Shown in pieces: positions 14,152 through 28,232 of a stretch of 64,000 bases of DNA. Position 1 is the first letter of the stretch. The number at the start of each line of letters is the position of its first letter. A program made the translations under genes and the position numbers. Origin of the DNA: Glycera tridactyla (taxonomy: Eukaryota); the NCBI GenBank assembly GCA_965644265.1, contig OZ286474.1, positions 12,524,001 through 12,588,000 of the forward strand, read 5' to 3'. The notes beneath the pieces were generated by a model. The model was not told the DNA's origin. It did no database searches and worked only from the letters and a program-made list of their open reading frames with translations.

Positions 14152-15153
14152 TACACACACCTGTATACCCATATGGGAGTGTGCTTGTACTGCTGCGAAG
14201 GACCAGACACCAATCACCACCCCTCTTTGTATCCGAAATCCAATGGAAGAATGGATCATGCTCTTTCCTCAGAAATAATACCCACTCAAGAGTCCATTCG
14301 GATCTTGTATCCTTTATATCTACATATTAATTACCTGGGAATTTCCCAGGTGGTACATTCATTTTATGTCAATATACAGTTGAAGCTACATTCCACATGA
14401 TCGTAGGTAATCCCACATTCTGGAAAGATATCTTAAGATGAATACTCCAGAAATCGTTGGGGCCCTTGCAGCTTTTATATCTGCGTAGCGGTTAAGTTGC
14501 ATGATTATTTTCTCCCTGCATTTCAGGCATGGTTCTCATCCTGGTTGGCATGGTGACAGCTGGCCTGGTAGCCTGTGTACTGATCATCAGTTGTGTCTAT
14601 TTGAAGAGGTAAGCAATCTTGGTTTCTGATATCCAATACAGTCAAAAAAGATTAACCCACCATTTGCTACAATATTATGTTCGTGGTAATACCCGTGTCC
14701 ACATATTCAACAGGAATGATCACTGTACTGCAGCGCAGATGAAACGCCATCGCTCTCCGCTATTCAGTAATTGTCATTCAAAGCTATCTAGCTGCACAAT
14801 GGTCATGGGATTCCACACTACCAGGTAGGGTACTAACAAGCTCTACATCATTGTCACTATTGATCATTTTCAGAAAAAAGGGGTACATTCCGGAAGACAC
14901 TATTGCAGTAATCTAGTAGCATATTGAAGAGAAAAAAGGGAACACCTCTGAATGAGGGGGTCAATGGTTGAAGTAAAATGGGCAAAGTAAAATTCAAACT
15001 ATTATGGAATTGCCATACGGACCATGGGCAGTGTTTGCTTTGAGATATATATCACACCATCGACTCTTATAAGCTGATGGGCAATTGATTGATGGATGGA
15101 TTGTTTGATTGACTGATTGATATATTGATCTATTAATTGATTGATTGATTGAT

Positions 15154-15205
<52 letters not shown>

Positions 15206-15592
15206 AATGTATCTTCAACCTTGACAGGGTGGTATAAGACTGAAGTAATGGACAAGATCTCCCAGAACAATCTTGTGTGAAAAAAAACATTCACTATTTC
15301 CACTCGAAGAATATCATCTATGTTATATGCTCATAGTTTTTTTTTGCGTTGCCACAGGAAATCACACGAAGGGCATGCTCCAATCATCGTACCAGCCCCA
15401 CCATCTGATGTTGGGTATGAAACCTGTGACTTCGACTTCTCTCAGAGGACAAGCACCATCTTCCATGATGGGTTCTGCACCATGCCCAAGATGTACACCC
15501 CAATCAACACAGGCGGACAAGGTGGAGGGGATGAGAAGACTTGGGACCGCCCACTACCACCAGAACCACTCGTAACCCCATGTAATGTCTGA
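9277..15592 (+). CDS. SUEL lectin-CUB-Sushi type I membrane receptor, copy 2 (complete, 453 aa, tail class A)
   Basis: Exons 9277-9349 (signal MDLFMFLLSMAYIWIPGIRG|S), 9861-10002 and 11093-11244 (8-Cys SUEL domain, AYYGR, KPC..SYF), 12314-12546, 12764-12902 (CUB-like), 13418-13621 (Sushi-like, W.G.MPNC), 13844-13945, 14527-14608 (TM), 15358-15592. All GT-AG; 1362 nt open frame. Confidence 0.92.
10410..10780. repeat. Degenerate (GGT/GAT)n trinucleotide tract in the intron after lectin exon 1 of copy 2
   Basis: Runs of tggtgg/tgatgg; explains the His/Gln/Thr-rich spurious ORF at 10520-10798. Confidence 0.8.
14068..14160. repeat. (CA)n microsatellite
   Basis: About 45 nearly perfect CA units in the stalk-TM intron of copy 2. 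Confidence 0.98.
15086..15205. repeat. (GATT)n microsatellite in the last intron of copy 2
   Basis: Perfect ttga runs; related tracts in the last intron of copy 1 (about 5125-5190), copy 4 (about 34400-34530) and copy 5 (44261-44310). Confidence 0.93.
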
Positions 15593-15716
15593 ATCAATTG
15601 CACAGACTTGAATACTCGAGTCAGTCTACCCCATATAACTTCTGGCATATATGGTTTAATGGTTGTTTGGTTGGGTGGGTGGATGGTTATTTCGTCATCT
15701 GTGCACACCATCTGCG

Positions 15717-15800
15717 CTATATTGAGACGTTCATGCAAAGGACATGGGTTGGACTTTCAAAACTCCTACTTCACGGTCCCTAACGGAAGGTGAAAAATCA
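15717..15800 (+). mobile_element. Member of a dispersed repeat family marked by CTATATTGAGA(T/C)G (MITE-like)
   Basis: Motif recurs at about 15717, 18402, 41153, 42156, 42334, 47020, 48970, 55975 and 63089, and inverted at 46370-46385. It is often followed by GGGCATGGGTGGGATCATTCAAGA-like sequence (also at about 34595, 45940, 49730). Confidence 0.5.
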
Positions 15801-16383
15801 CGAAATTTGAATACACCTATAGTGACATTTTGGTATAGACTTCACATGGGGATTCAGTTCCAAAGGTGCTCGACTTGACTCAATTGTCCGAGGATTTTCA
15901 GTGAAGCATGAAAGTAAAGTGTAATGTGCCGCATCGGCATCATTTTACAGTCCCTGATTGATTGAGTGTTGCCTCATGTCTCTCAAATCCAAACGAAATC
16001 ATGAGACACGACATGGTGTGGAGTACAAGGACAGGTGGATGTCTACACCATGAGCAGTGCTACATTTTGTGCTACGTTGTGTGCTACATTTTAGTAGGCA
16101 GTTGTTATTTCATGAGACTACGTGTGGTTGATTATTCTTCTCTTCACCCACAAGTCAGTGGAGGATAGACATTCTAGAAGTCACTTTTGGTGATTCATGA
16201 CTGACACAGATTACCGACAAAAAGATTAATGTCAACAGGATATTTTTGGTACCGCCATTTGTGAAAGTAGAACTTTCGCATGATATGTAATGTATGTATG
16301 TTGTGACAGAGAATTGGTACGGTCTTGTGTTCTTCTTGTTACTATATCTCAACTTTCAAGTGGTTACTAGTCCTGACTGAGGT

Positions 16384-16797
16384 TATTATTATTNNNNNNN
16401 NNNNNNNNNNNNNNNNNNNNNNNNNNNNNNNNNNNNNNNNNNNNNNNNNNNNNNNNNNNNNNNNNNNNNNNNNNNNNNNNNNNNNNNNNNNNNNNNNNNN
16501 NNNNNNNNNNNNNNNNNNNNNNNNNNNNNNNNNNNNNNNNNNNNNNNNNNNNNNNNNNNNNNNNNNNNNNNNNNNNNNNNNNNNNNNNNNNNNNNNNNNN
16601 NNNNNNNNNNNNNNNNNNNNNNNNNNNNNNNNNNNNNNNNNNNNNNNNNNNNNNNNNNNNNNNNNNNNNNNNNNNNNNNNNNNNNNNNNNNNNNNNNNNN
16701 NNNTCACTATTATTATCACCGTTGTTATTATCATCATCACTATTATTATCACAATTATTATCATCGCTAGTAGTTATATTGGTAGTGGTAGTAGTAT

Positions 16798-16840
<43 letters not shown>

Positions 16841-16900
16841 GGTTGTAGTAGTAGTGGTGGTAGTAGTAGTATGAGTAGTTGTTGTAGCAGTATCATTGTC
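16384..16900. repeat. (TTA/TCA)n and (TAG)n simple-repeat block containing an assembly gap
   Basis: Direct reading of flanks of gap 16394-16703. Confidence 0.9.
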
Positions 16901-18671
16901 ATTATTGGATGTATTGAATGTATTACAATGCTTGTCACATGGGTCGTCTCTATTTCGTATTTATACGCTGTGACACTCACAGTGGATTGTCATTTTTTTC
17001 CTTCGTCAGTTTCTCTGTGATCTGAAATAAACATGTAAAAAATGCAATACTCCAGATTTCTGATATCCAGTCGAGTACTCATCAGGAATGACTGTAGGGT
17101 GATACCAGTGCATGACGACTGGGATCTTGGAGAATGGGAGTATATTCCTCTATGCAGGTAAAAGAATCGCTGCCGTCCTTTGTAAAGAGTAGGGACGGCC
17201 CTACTCAGTAGTGCCTCTTTTCTTAAGAATTTTCAGTTTGCTCAGTCCGATATAAGCCAAGCAGGCTGAAAGGACGTTATACCGGGATGAATAAACCGAC
17301 CATCCCTGTATTCGAAGATGACGATACAACCTAGGAATGATCGTGTCATCTGTATGTCGACTGAGGTTTGAAGGAGTGCCCTAACTTTCATCAAGTTCCA
17401 ATGTTTTGAGCTATCAATAGAGCTGAATCAATGAAATAATTGGGGCTGCATGAATTTTACTGTTTATTCAAAACGAAAAAATACCAAGATGACCCATTAG
17501 CAATTTTCTTAATTTCAATGTGAAGTACAAATGTTTTAGGCACGTCTCTGCGATAGGTAAAGGTAAGGCACCTCATATTATATCACATAGGTATGGTGAA
17601 TAGAACGTCTTAGAGAGACCTGCATCACACATCTTTGGTCAGGAAATTTCAGAATTCGCTTCAATGTATTCCATTTCACTTTGAACTGACGACTGTTGAA
17701 AACGCATCGCTCCAATATATATGTACGATCTCATATTACAACGTCGAGAATATACTATCTGAGAAATCTTGTACGAGTAATATCTTCGGAAATTGGATTG
17801 GATTGTTCTTAAGCGGTGGAACTTGAACATTCCGACGAGTGGTTCACACATACATGAAAAATACCCGCCCTGGTATTCGGTAAAGAGTGAGGGGAGTTCG
17901 CAGACAGTCGATAATAATTGTCTGACCATAACACAATTCATGCAATAAATTAATTTTTGTGCATTGAAATAATGTGAATTTCATTTTGAGGAGTTAATTA
18001 CGACGTACCTTAACACGAGATGGCGCTTTTTGTTTGAAAAATAATTGATATCAAGTCTTCCAGTAATTCTAAGCATATATCGGTGTAATGAATATTGTGA
18101 TAAACAATTGTAGTTTACCATGAATTTTGTTTTAATGAGAAAAAAGTCGTATTGCAGATTTTTTGGAATGGGTGGAGGGCGACACCAGATGGCGATATAT
18201 TGACAGTTCGCGATATTGCATCGTCCATTCGTTATCTAGACAATATCTTTGTAATCGACCCATAACAACAGTCTGATATAACTCTGTATGGTTTGAAGAG
18301 GCGTCCAATATCATCTTACTAACTACTTCCCACAATGAAGGTAGGTGAACACCTGGATTAGATAGACAACACTGGCTGTGCCTATCAACATGATACCCAG
18401 GATATTGAGATGGCTTTCCAGTGGACATGGGTGGAATCTTCCCTGCTTCTCTTGAGAACTCAAAATGGAGATGGAAAATGCAAGGTCTCATTTTTGACAA
18501 TGATCCAAAACGGGGAATCTTGAATGAGCCGTACAGATATATGCCACAAAGGCATTACGATATCGAACTTCGTAGCTTGAATTTGATTCATGACCAATCA
18601 ATCTAGCGATCAGTCAACTTGATCCTTGTGAGAGGTACTGACACTGAGTTGATTAAAGATGCAGTGGTGAC

Positions 18672-18969
18672 TTAGGGGCAGATACTCCGGTTCTACGAGG
18701 AACACTGTTTATAGCTGAGAGCAAGGTTTTTCCTCGAATTGGTGACCAACATAGACAAGGTTCGCCATTTCATAACATACCTGCACCATCAAGCAGATTT
18801 GTATGATCTGTACTATTCACCCAGGTGTGAATGTTACCCCGACTATCAGCAGTGGTGATTATTGTAGAGTGTCTAGCCCATGCAATTTACTCTGCATCTG
18901 TGGTTGTACAATTAACATGGAGATGAGGAAGGTTAAGGCTCCGGTTAAGGCTTGAACCGGCCTGTCAAG
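18672..18969 (+). mobile_element. Interspersed repeat (SINE-like), diverged copy of 52282-52636
   Basis: Collinear shared blocks TTAGGGGCAGA(T/C)ACTCCGGTTCT, TGGGTGACCAA, TGTATGATCTGT, CCCAGGTGTGAA, TAGCCCATGCA, TGTGGTTGTA, GCTTGAAC.GGCCTG. ACTCCGGTT resembles a conserved SINE body motif (weak). Confidence 0.6.
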
Positions 18970-19599
18970 TAGGGTGAACTTGCTAGGCTTACCATTACAT
19001 TTACATTCCACATTTGCCTGTAATCGACAACGTTATCTTTCATCATGGTCGCATCCAGTGCGATTACATTCCATGCAAAATAATTTCATTTGGCATTTTT
19101 CTGTATTCGGGCACTAACCGACTAACATACTCGATAGAGTATAGTAACTGAATCAACGACAACTCCATGATGACGGATCCACTCAATCATGTCACTAATG
19201 TTAAGAAATAATCCGTTGTATGGAGACACATGAACGCCAAAAAGACAAAGACCATGGAATACACTGCAACCATCACAGCAAGAGATGAATCCAAACTGAT
19301 CCATGACTTCCATGACTTCAATATCTTGGAGCATGGATAGATAGCACTGAGGCAGCCATCAAGGTTGGGGAAGCTCTAGTCCGGAAAGCGTGCTACAACC
19401 CTACCACAATATGTAAGTTGATCGGCCAAGATGAATCAAACTAGGCCTATTTATATCAACAGTAGAATCAGTAATACTGTATGTCTGTGAGGCTTGGACA
19501 CTATGGATATGGATGACATGTTGGTTATTCCTTTCCTACCATCACAGAATCCTGCTGTGCACTGTTGTTTCACATTCAAACTAACAAGACCTGGTATGG

Positions 19600-19680
19600 G
19601 TGCATTATGGAGCTCTGACTCCCACGAGCGTCGAGCATATTGATGCCCCATACATGTAGAGGAATACTACTGTCGGCAGT
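19600..19680 (+). promoter_or_regulatory. Conserved three-block upstream module of copy 3
   Basis: GTGCATTATGGAGC (19600), ATATTGATG (19637), GTCGGCAGT (19672); ATG at 19736. Confidence 0.6.
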
Positions 19681-19735
19681 GCTTGGTCATCAGCGTACAT
19701 TCCCGCGTGATTATATACTGACGATCAACGGCAAG

Positions 19736-20635
19736 ATGGATATTATCTTCATATTCTTGTTTATTCAATGGATACTGGTCCTAGGAAGCAGAGGATCGAC
19801 AGATGATGGTGAGTGTGTCTCTGTCTTAACGATATCATCATCGGATTTCTGCCTCTGAGGTAGTCTGTGCATCGAACTTATTATGATGATGTTACAACCA
19901 CTGTACGATCCTGTCCCAATGCCGAATAATCAATAGCTGACTAAGGTTAGAACACAAAACTAGGAATGGTGACATTGAAATAATAAGTATAATCATTTGC
20001 AATCAATAGCTGATAAAATCTGCGAAGGCTATCAAAGACGGTGATGGCCATTGATGAGCCATGTGTTTCAGGTATCGGGCGATAACTGCATTTTCAATAT
20101 CAGCGAAATCACTTGGGAGGCACAATCAAATGTATGACGCAAGAAATGTCCAGATATTCACTGATCACAATAAATGACACACTCTGCATGTCGTACATCG
20201 CGAGTCTATATTCAAAATCCTCTTATAGAATACTTTGAATGTGGAGAGTGGATTTATCTCCAACATCATTTGAGTGAATATCGAATCGTTTCATTGTCGA
20301 TCATCTTTCCATCCCGGCGTGTTGTTCAGCCGGAGTTGAACTGTAGCCCAGCTATAGTAAAAACGCATAGCATCACATGCTAATGACTCCAATCAATAGA
20401 ACTCGACATCAAATTCCACTAGCAAGAGATGACACGTCATCAAGTCTTTCATGCGTCCATGTTTTAGGCTCGAACGAACTCGAGGACTACTGCATGGGAG
20501 AGACATTCAGGACGCAATGCCGTCCTAATGAAGTTGTTGTCATCGACCAGGCTTACTATGGACGACTAAGGATTGGCAAGTGCATACCAGAAGGATTGGG
20601 GAGGATAGGGTAAGGAGTTGTCATCATCATCATTG

Positions 20636-20708
<73 letters not shown>

Positions 20709-23700
20709 CATTTACATTATCATTTCTAGTATCTTTATCGTTATCATTATCTTTACTATCATCATCTCAACAACTGTTCATATTACTTTATCATGAAACT
20801 GTTATCAAGATCACTATCGCCATCATGGCAGTGCGGGTCTTCCAAGGGTACCCCAAGATGCATGTTGTATGGGTCGACCGAGGCCAATGAGAGTGGTGTT
20901 TGGGTCGATCAAAACAGATGGGTGAGATATCACATACAATATTGCTCCAGCAGTACCAAAAGCTTTTTTTACAATCAAACCAATGTCGATAGGGATCCAT
21001 CCCTTCACTTCTTACAAAGGTTCGTTCTTCGCCCTCTGTTTATAGGTGCAAGACCGATATGCAGGGCAGCCTTGCTTCCCAGTGTTCAGGTCAGAAGCAA
21101 TGCGAGGTCTTCATACCAAGTCGAGAAATGGTGCAGCTAAAACCCTGTGGACCAGAGTTGATGAGCTACTTCAGTGTCAGTCACAGATGTCTGCCTGGTG
21201 AGGTCTTTTTTTGGTTGATAGGCTAATCACTGTATTACAAGTATATATACACCATGAAGGATAATAGTACTGGTTTGGTCAAGGTAGATAGATAGCAAAC
21301 AGGGGAAAATACATTTGTGTTATAACGTTACTTGTATCACTTCAACATGTGATTCAGTATTTATGCCCTCTCTTTTTGAAGTGATCACGACAAATCATGA
21401 TAGATGTGCTCCAAGTGATGTCCTGAAGATCACATCACCAGCAGTTGGTAATATTGCAAGCGTGACTACAAAAGAGACAGGTTGTGGTGGGGAATCCAGC
21501 CCTTGGCTCATAGAGGCACCTCGGGGACAGGAAATCAAGTTGACTCTGCTAGACTTCGCTGACTCTGGCATCAGTGATCAGTCATCCATATGCCTAATGT
21601 ATGCCAAAATAAAGGTGGGTCACATCACAGTATGATATGCTGGAATATTTTTTCTATTTCAGGGACAACATGGACTGTTGCCATAGCCCGCAGTAGTGAA
21701 CCTCATAACCTTTTTCCATGTCTTTTATTATCGGCCCCTTCATGCAATAAACTTGAACATTACATTATTGATCTCGAAGTCAATCCACCAATTTGGTTAT
21801 CAATGCTATTAAAGTTGGAAGTTGAATTTTTGCATGATTCGTTGTTTATTGTCTCCTAGACACAATCTAGACTATATAATGAACCTATGCAGTGAGTATT
21901 AGTGGAATCATCCGAGACAGCTCTTGCCCGAACTGGATTTTAAAATGGTATGGAAATCAGGCACAGTCGGATAGGGTAGGTTTTCATATGGCGCATATCC
22001 AAAGAATTTCCAATTACATGGAGTCATGCAGTCTTACATACTCGTGATCGCACTCGTGGAAGAAACAGTCAGGTAATCAATCTATCCAGATGATGTTGAA
22101 ACTATTTTTTCAGGACAACAAATCCGGCCAGGCCAGCACAGTTTGTGGAGCTCAAGGGAGACAACGTTTGGTCTATGAATCTGTTGGGAATCAGGTCGAA
22201 GTACAAGTCATCAGCAGAGGAGAGAACAGACACTTTGTGCTTCAGTACAAATGTAGGTTATATATTCATGATGTTATTTTTCATATATTCATGCATTTCA
22301 GAGAAATCCACGATGTAGCAGAATCCCCTGTGTGGGGACAACTTTGTTGGCTATGATCCGTCATTGTACCACAAGGAAATCAGCCAAATTTGCTGATTTA
22401 TGGATTTGAAAGCTAAGATATTCTCAACTTGGATAGGACTTAACAGGCTGATTAAGATATTTTAGTCTGGCTGAAACGGGCAGATAATATTTCCTGGACA
22501 CAAGCAATGGACGATTTGACTGCGTAAGAAACCTTGATTCGCTTCATGTGCTATCAGCAGCTGAAATCTCTATTGACTGGTTTCGAACCAGGATAATCAC
22601 GCTGACAATCATGTGACTTCCGAAAACGGGTGACTCTCAAGATCTGACTCAACTCAATGGTTGAGAGTATCGTAAGATATCACCTGACAATCTCCATGAT
22701 TTTTCTGCTAATTCAACCTTTTTCTGAGACCTTGGGATAATTGAATGTGGATGTTTTCTTGCTGGGACAATCATCTACTTTATTCAGATTAGAGTAAGAG
22801 GTCTTTCACATGCACCAGCACCATAGGAAATAATGTACACATACTAGTATTGATTAGCAGGATGATGGGTGAATGATACTCTCAACTACCCAACCAGGTT
22901 AGCAACATATTGATAATACCGCAATATTCAATTATATCTGTTCTTTATAGTTGTAGGATGTAAGGCCATGGCACCAATAGATGGGCATACATTGATGCAT
23001 GAAACCAACAAGACCACTGTCGAATGCATAAGTAATGGGGAACAATCGAATCACTACTGCAATGGTACATCCTGGATCGGAGTGATGCCGAATTGCACTG
23101 TGATGGATGAAGTCCTTGAGGATGAGAGGGAGAAGGAGGTTGCTAGGACTGCAGGTAAAGGCCACACCCTTTTTCGCTAAATGCTCTACACCATTTCCAC
23201 AATCCTATTTTATAGGATTGATCCGCTTACAAAATGCCATAACCATACAAATTCTAATATCATTATCCGGCATAACTGATAACCAAACTACAGTGAGAAT
23301 AGTACACAGTGTATACACAAATATAATCAAAATTGCTTTGAATTTAAATTCGAATGTTTCACGTCAGCTCTCCAGTTGGTTGAGTACATACTATCACCTA
23401 TGTTATATAATGAAATAGGTAGTGCTACGTCTGTCAAGTCTGATTTATCAAAATATTAGGATAGTTTCTGTAAATTTTGGAACTCACCGATCAAAACAAT
23501 TAAAAGCAAAGGAGTGGATATCTGCATACATTAATAAGATCAATCGCATAAGTGAATCAGTTGTGTCGCATTCTTCATCCACTTCGTTGTGCAAATCTCT
23601 AAATAATCTCAATTGTGGATCTTCAATACTATGAATAAGAAATTTGTTGCTATCATCTCTGTACCACTATTCTATTCCTTACAGAAGAGAACCCTCCAGC

Positions 23701-25181
23701 CACTGAAAATGATGTTGATGCTGAGAAGATCCAAAGGGTCTCCAGTGAGGAAGTACCATCCGTTGATTTCTCTACAATTACGTGGGGTTAGTAGCTCCTT
23801 GATATATTTCCGGTGACTATACTATCATGGCCATGGTGCAATGGGAAAATTTCACCACATTCCAAATCTGATACGTTCAATCATCAGCGTTCATTCCAGG
23901 AATCAAACATCCAACATTTACTTTTCAGCATGGATTGGTCAATTATGTAAGTGGGTGCATAATCCTGCCTAGATAATCCCTGGTCGAAAAGAGAACTTTG
24001 GTGCCACTCCAGGGTAGGATGTACAAATCTGTCGATATTCGATAATGCAATCGGATTGAACATTAGCCTAGAGCTACATGATAACGCTGATGAGTAGGGA
24101 TCAGGGAAACATCAAATGCTTTGGAACTACATTCAGAATAATCATTGGCAGATGTACACTAGAAAAATCATAGGGGTCCCTAATATCGTCATTATTAGAT
24201 CCTGGTAGAATAGGAATGATTAAGAGGATGGTTCGCAAGTGATGATTTACTTCAACATCATTCATACTGTGTCATGAGGATTCATCTTTCCCCTGCATTC
24301 CAGGTATGGTTCTCATTCTGGTGGGCATCGTGACAGCTGGTATGGTAGCATGTGTACTGATCATCAGCTGTGTCTATCTGAAAAGGTGAGCAATTTCGCA
24401 TGATCATCTGAGTACACTATCTCGAATAATTGCATAATTGACAACTGGATTATATTTGTAGTCTTCATCCCAATAAAAGTACTAAACTCATCCATAGTTT
24501 GACTGAATCATCTAAGATGTATCCAAGATGTTCACAATCTGGCATATGATGTGTATGTCCTCCGCACTTCATGCGCATGAAATAAAATTCCCATAGCAGG
24601 ACATATGTGATTTTGGGCTGCCATTTTCACAATATGGTGACTGTGCCTGAAGTTATTCATATATTGGATTTGATGAAAAATAAAATAGAATAAAGAAGGA
24701 AGAGAAAAAATATATTCATATGTTGGATTTGATTAGTTGGCTACTGAAGGTATATCAACATCAACATCAAGTTAAGAAAGGATATGAGCCTCAATCTTTG
24801 GCAATTCATTCCATCATAAGATGTCTGATCGGATGATATATGTGGAAGTGGATTCTGTGGATTTTCAGAGTTTTATGTCATTTTATGCTATTTAGATATG
24901 GGTGTAAGGTGCAGGTCATATATCGATGTCACATTTCCCCACACAGGAAATCGCATGAAGGTCGTGCACCCATCATCATACCAGCTCCACCATCTGATGT
25001 AGGCTATGAGACCTGTGACTTTGACTTCTCCCAGAGGACAAGCACCATCTTTCATGATGGGTTCCGCACTATGCCCAAGATTTACACACCAATCAACACT
25101 GGTGGGCGAGGTGGAGGGGATGAGAAGACGTGGGACCGGCCACTACCTCCAGAACCACTTGTGACACCATGCAATGTCTGA
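19736..25181 (+). CDS. SUEL lectin-CUB-Sushi type I membrane receptor, copy 3 (complete, 453 aa, tail class A)
   Basis: Exons 19736-19808, 20468-20609, 21046-21197, 21382-21614, 22114-22252, 22951-23154, 23685-23786, 24304-24385, 24947-25181. All GT-AG with the same sizes and phases as copy 2; open frame. Confidence 0.92.
20621..20825. repeat. (TCA)n microsatellite just after lectin exon 1 of copy 3
   Basis: Perfect tcatca run 20621-20710, decaying beyond; same motif at the same site in copy 4 (29426-29600). Confidence 0.95.
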
Positions 25182-28097
25182 AATGTCTACATTTGATTGC
25201 TAACTTTGTAACTTTCAACGTATTATCCGAGGTATAGTTCACCAGAATGACTGGGATTCTCACATCGAGCTCTCGTATGATGGACGGCTAGAAATATACT
25301 TCTCTGCTGAGCTATGTCGATTTTTTTTTCACGTCTATCACAGGAAGAAGAAGTTGCCGTGCGTCCTTCAGCTTGGCTGGTGACAGGTCATGGATGGACG
25401 TTCTAGTATCAAATTGCACCTTCCCTCGTGTATCTATGTATGTTTCAGTTGGGAATTGTCCAACAGAAACCTGTAATTGAGCTTGATATAAAATTAGATT
25501 CGTGGCCCTGTGAGCACGTAAGTCTATTTTGATATCATAGTTGAGCTATACTCGATGCCTGGTTGGAGGTGAGTTTCACAGCTCACACTTCCTCGAGGAT
25601 AAGGATCAGTGTATTCTTCAGACTAGTTTTTTTTTGCAGCTATGTTCCTGCCTATACATACTTCGAGAGTTGATGGCTCGCAGTTTTCGTCCCAGGCGCC
25701 AATGATGATGCAGTCAGAACATCACAGGACAAGCAAACGAAGTCATCAAGATAGTGAATATGATTGATTGCTCATTGGAGCTGATGCGATATGGCTTGCA
25801 CTATCACTGCCATAAAGGATTGTTCCATTAGCATCCGAAAGTGTTTTGGAGATTCATAATGCAACTACTTTGATGTGATCAGATTATTTTGTAATGTGAA
25901 TGGTGTTATTATGAGTACAGCTAATCATAACTAGATTGTGATGATGGGCCCAAGGAACACCATTATCACATTCAAACCTGCCGACCAAGACCACCGACAA
26001 TCGCGTTGAAAAGTGGTCATTGTAGACAGCCTTTGTAGAGAGATTGTTCACTGTTCGAAGTGTCCTCTGTAGGCGAGTTGTCATCCTATAGAGTTACTCA
26101 CTGGAGCACTTTCTCCTGATGCTCTTCGTTAGAGGGGTAGTTTAGAAATATCAAAGCATATCTGAAAACCCGTCGCAAAATATGTGATGGACATGAAGAA
26201 AATTCTCATGAGCTCCTAGCCTCGTACTACTTCTAATCCTAAATTGTTCATCATCCGTTATCCCATAATAGGCAATTCTGTGGATAATGGAAGCATGTTG
26301 TTTATGGTGGACAATAAAGTTGATTTTATCATTGATGAATGATTGATGCCAGCGATGATAGGTGATATCAGGATATTAAACGAAAATGCACCAAGGCTGT
26401 GGATAATCTTCGATATCGACACACGCCGATGCAGTTCTCTTTCGTATAGCCATTGGATCAATATTATTCATCATGGTTTTAGATTTCTGCAGAGATTGAA
26501 CAATCTGATTACTGACCTCCCACCATATATAGAGATCCCATATCATGTGAAAAGCTCTTTGTTGCAGCCGAAAATAGTTTGTACCAGTTGACAGTATCGG
26601 CTGTCGTCGTCAGCCATCACCACAACTCCTTCGTCTAGTTCTTCTTGTTGCCACCAGTCCATCTTGATTAAACAGGTGTAAGAGGTTCTATATTGCTAAG
26701 TAACAAAATGTGACGACCTTCATCAATAGCTATTATTATCCAAAATTATATAATGGCTTCCCCAATCCTAAACAGATGGATATTTCAATTTTGAACAAAA
26801 GGCACAAATGCTCTCTCGCATTCAAATGAAGGTCTACGTCATTCGTAGATGCATTTCAACTCTGTCAAAATGTCAACTTTATGTCTGTGTCCGTTGCTGA
26901 ATATATTTGTGGTTATCTGTGTTTAGAATAGATATTATGAATACCAGTCTTGTTCTATTTGTCGTCATTTCAATAAATCAATGAAAACTCAAGTGCCTTG
27001 AGTCATAATTCTACTGAATAAATAGACTAGTCCAGACTCCTAAAACTACCATCAGGAACGCAGATAAAGGATCAGAAGTATACATAAATCATGGACGTTT
27101 CCGATGATTTGCCACACGGAAAACCTAGAAATGACAGCAATAGTGTTCATAGTTTCAACTCATGGTTGATAGAAAAAAATATTGCAGGCTCATGGTTGAT
27201 AGAACAAAATATTTATTTATCACCTTCCGTCGTCAAATTAGTGATTGCCAATGCTGAGTCATGGCTACATCAAGATGTGTTTTATTCTAGTACCGCAATT
27301 GGCCATAATCGGTCCAGTCAAGGGAGAGTAATGATTAGGTGACAGCTCTATTGAGACATAATTCATGCGCGCATTACTGGGTCAGAATCAGTATGAACAT
27401 TAAATGCTGGTCAGAATCAGTCTGGGCAGGAAATGCTGGTGCTGCAATCATTATGGCTGGGCAATGGCCCCTTCAGGATATAATTATGACATTCAGCACT
27501 GTTCTAGAATGAGGCCAATGTGAAGAACGCTATTGAGACAGTACTTGCATATTGTATTGCTCCAATTCTAGCATACATTGGTCAGATTGTGTAGCACTAT
27601 TTGGAACGAGGCAGGACAAATGTAAGTGAGTGTGGGCGAGTGTACAATGAACTGCTAAGGTGCACACAAAATAATCCAACGTTTTGTACTCTTTTCGAAG
27701 AGCAAAATATAACATGGTTATGAGTGAAAACGTTGGGCCATGTCGTTTTGAGTCAAGACTAATGCTCAATTACACAGAGGGTAATATGCCTTGCGGGGAA
27801 TCGACCAATACATGGTAATCACTACTTTGCTTAATATGATAAAAACGCTGATATCAGTCTATTTCTTTCTTCCACCGTCTGCCTATCTTTTTGTCTATCT
27901 GTCTGGCTGGCTGTCTGTCTGTCCATCTGTCCGGCATCATGTATGCAGGTATGCCTTATCCACCCTGAGAGATATGTCCCCTTCATTCATATAGCACGTA
28001 TGACCTAGTCAGTTGCCATCTCAAATACCACGCTGTATGTGCGACTATCGCCGGTCCAAGCCCTCGTGCAAATCCAAGAAGCGAAGACATGAATGGA

Positions 28098-28167
28098 GTG
28101 CATTATGGAGCTCTGCAGCCCAGCTGATAGAGATATTGACGGGAGACACAAAGTGTGAGTCAGCAGT
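28098..28167 (+). promoter_or_regulatory. Conserved three-block upstream module of copy 4
   Basis: GTGCATTATGGAGC (28098; 18-nt exact match GTGCATTATGGAGCTCTG with copy 3), ATATTGACG (28133), GTCAGCAGT (28159); ATG at 28233. Confidence 0.6.
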
Positions 28168-28232
28168 GCCTGGAGAGCAGCCGCAGCTATACGCCAATTC
28201 TGGATTATCTGATGAATTTGAGACATATTAGG

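Noticed and set aside
9277-15592. Assigning EVA1C, latrophilin or neuropilin-type gene symbols
   Set aside because: Only single domains are shared; the overall architecture and tail do not match, so no symbol is given.
16325-17020. Long ORFs spanning N runs (also 7650-7919, 38458-39035, 39492-40045, 43847-44254)
   Set aside because: Open only because Ns hide stop codons.
22560-22680. tRNA gene (GGTTCGAAACC B-box-like sequence on the minus strand)
   Set aside because: No matching A box or cloverleaf on the same strand; at most a SINE remnant.
26258-26680. ORFs or a retroelement fragment between copies 3 and 4
   Set aside because: Short, stop-interrupted and without a diagnostic motif.
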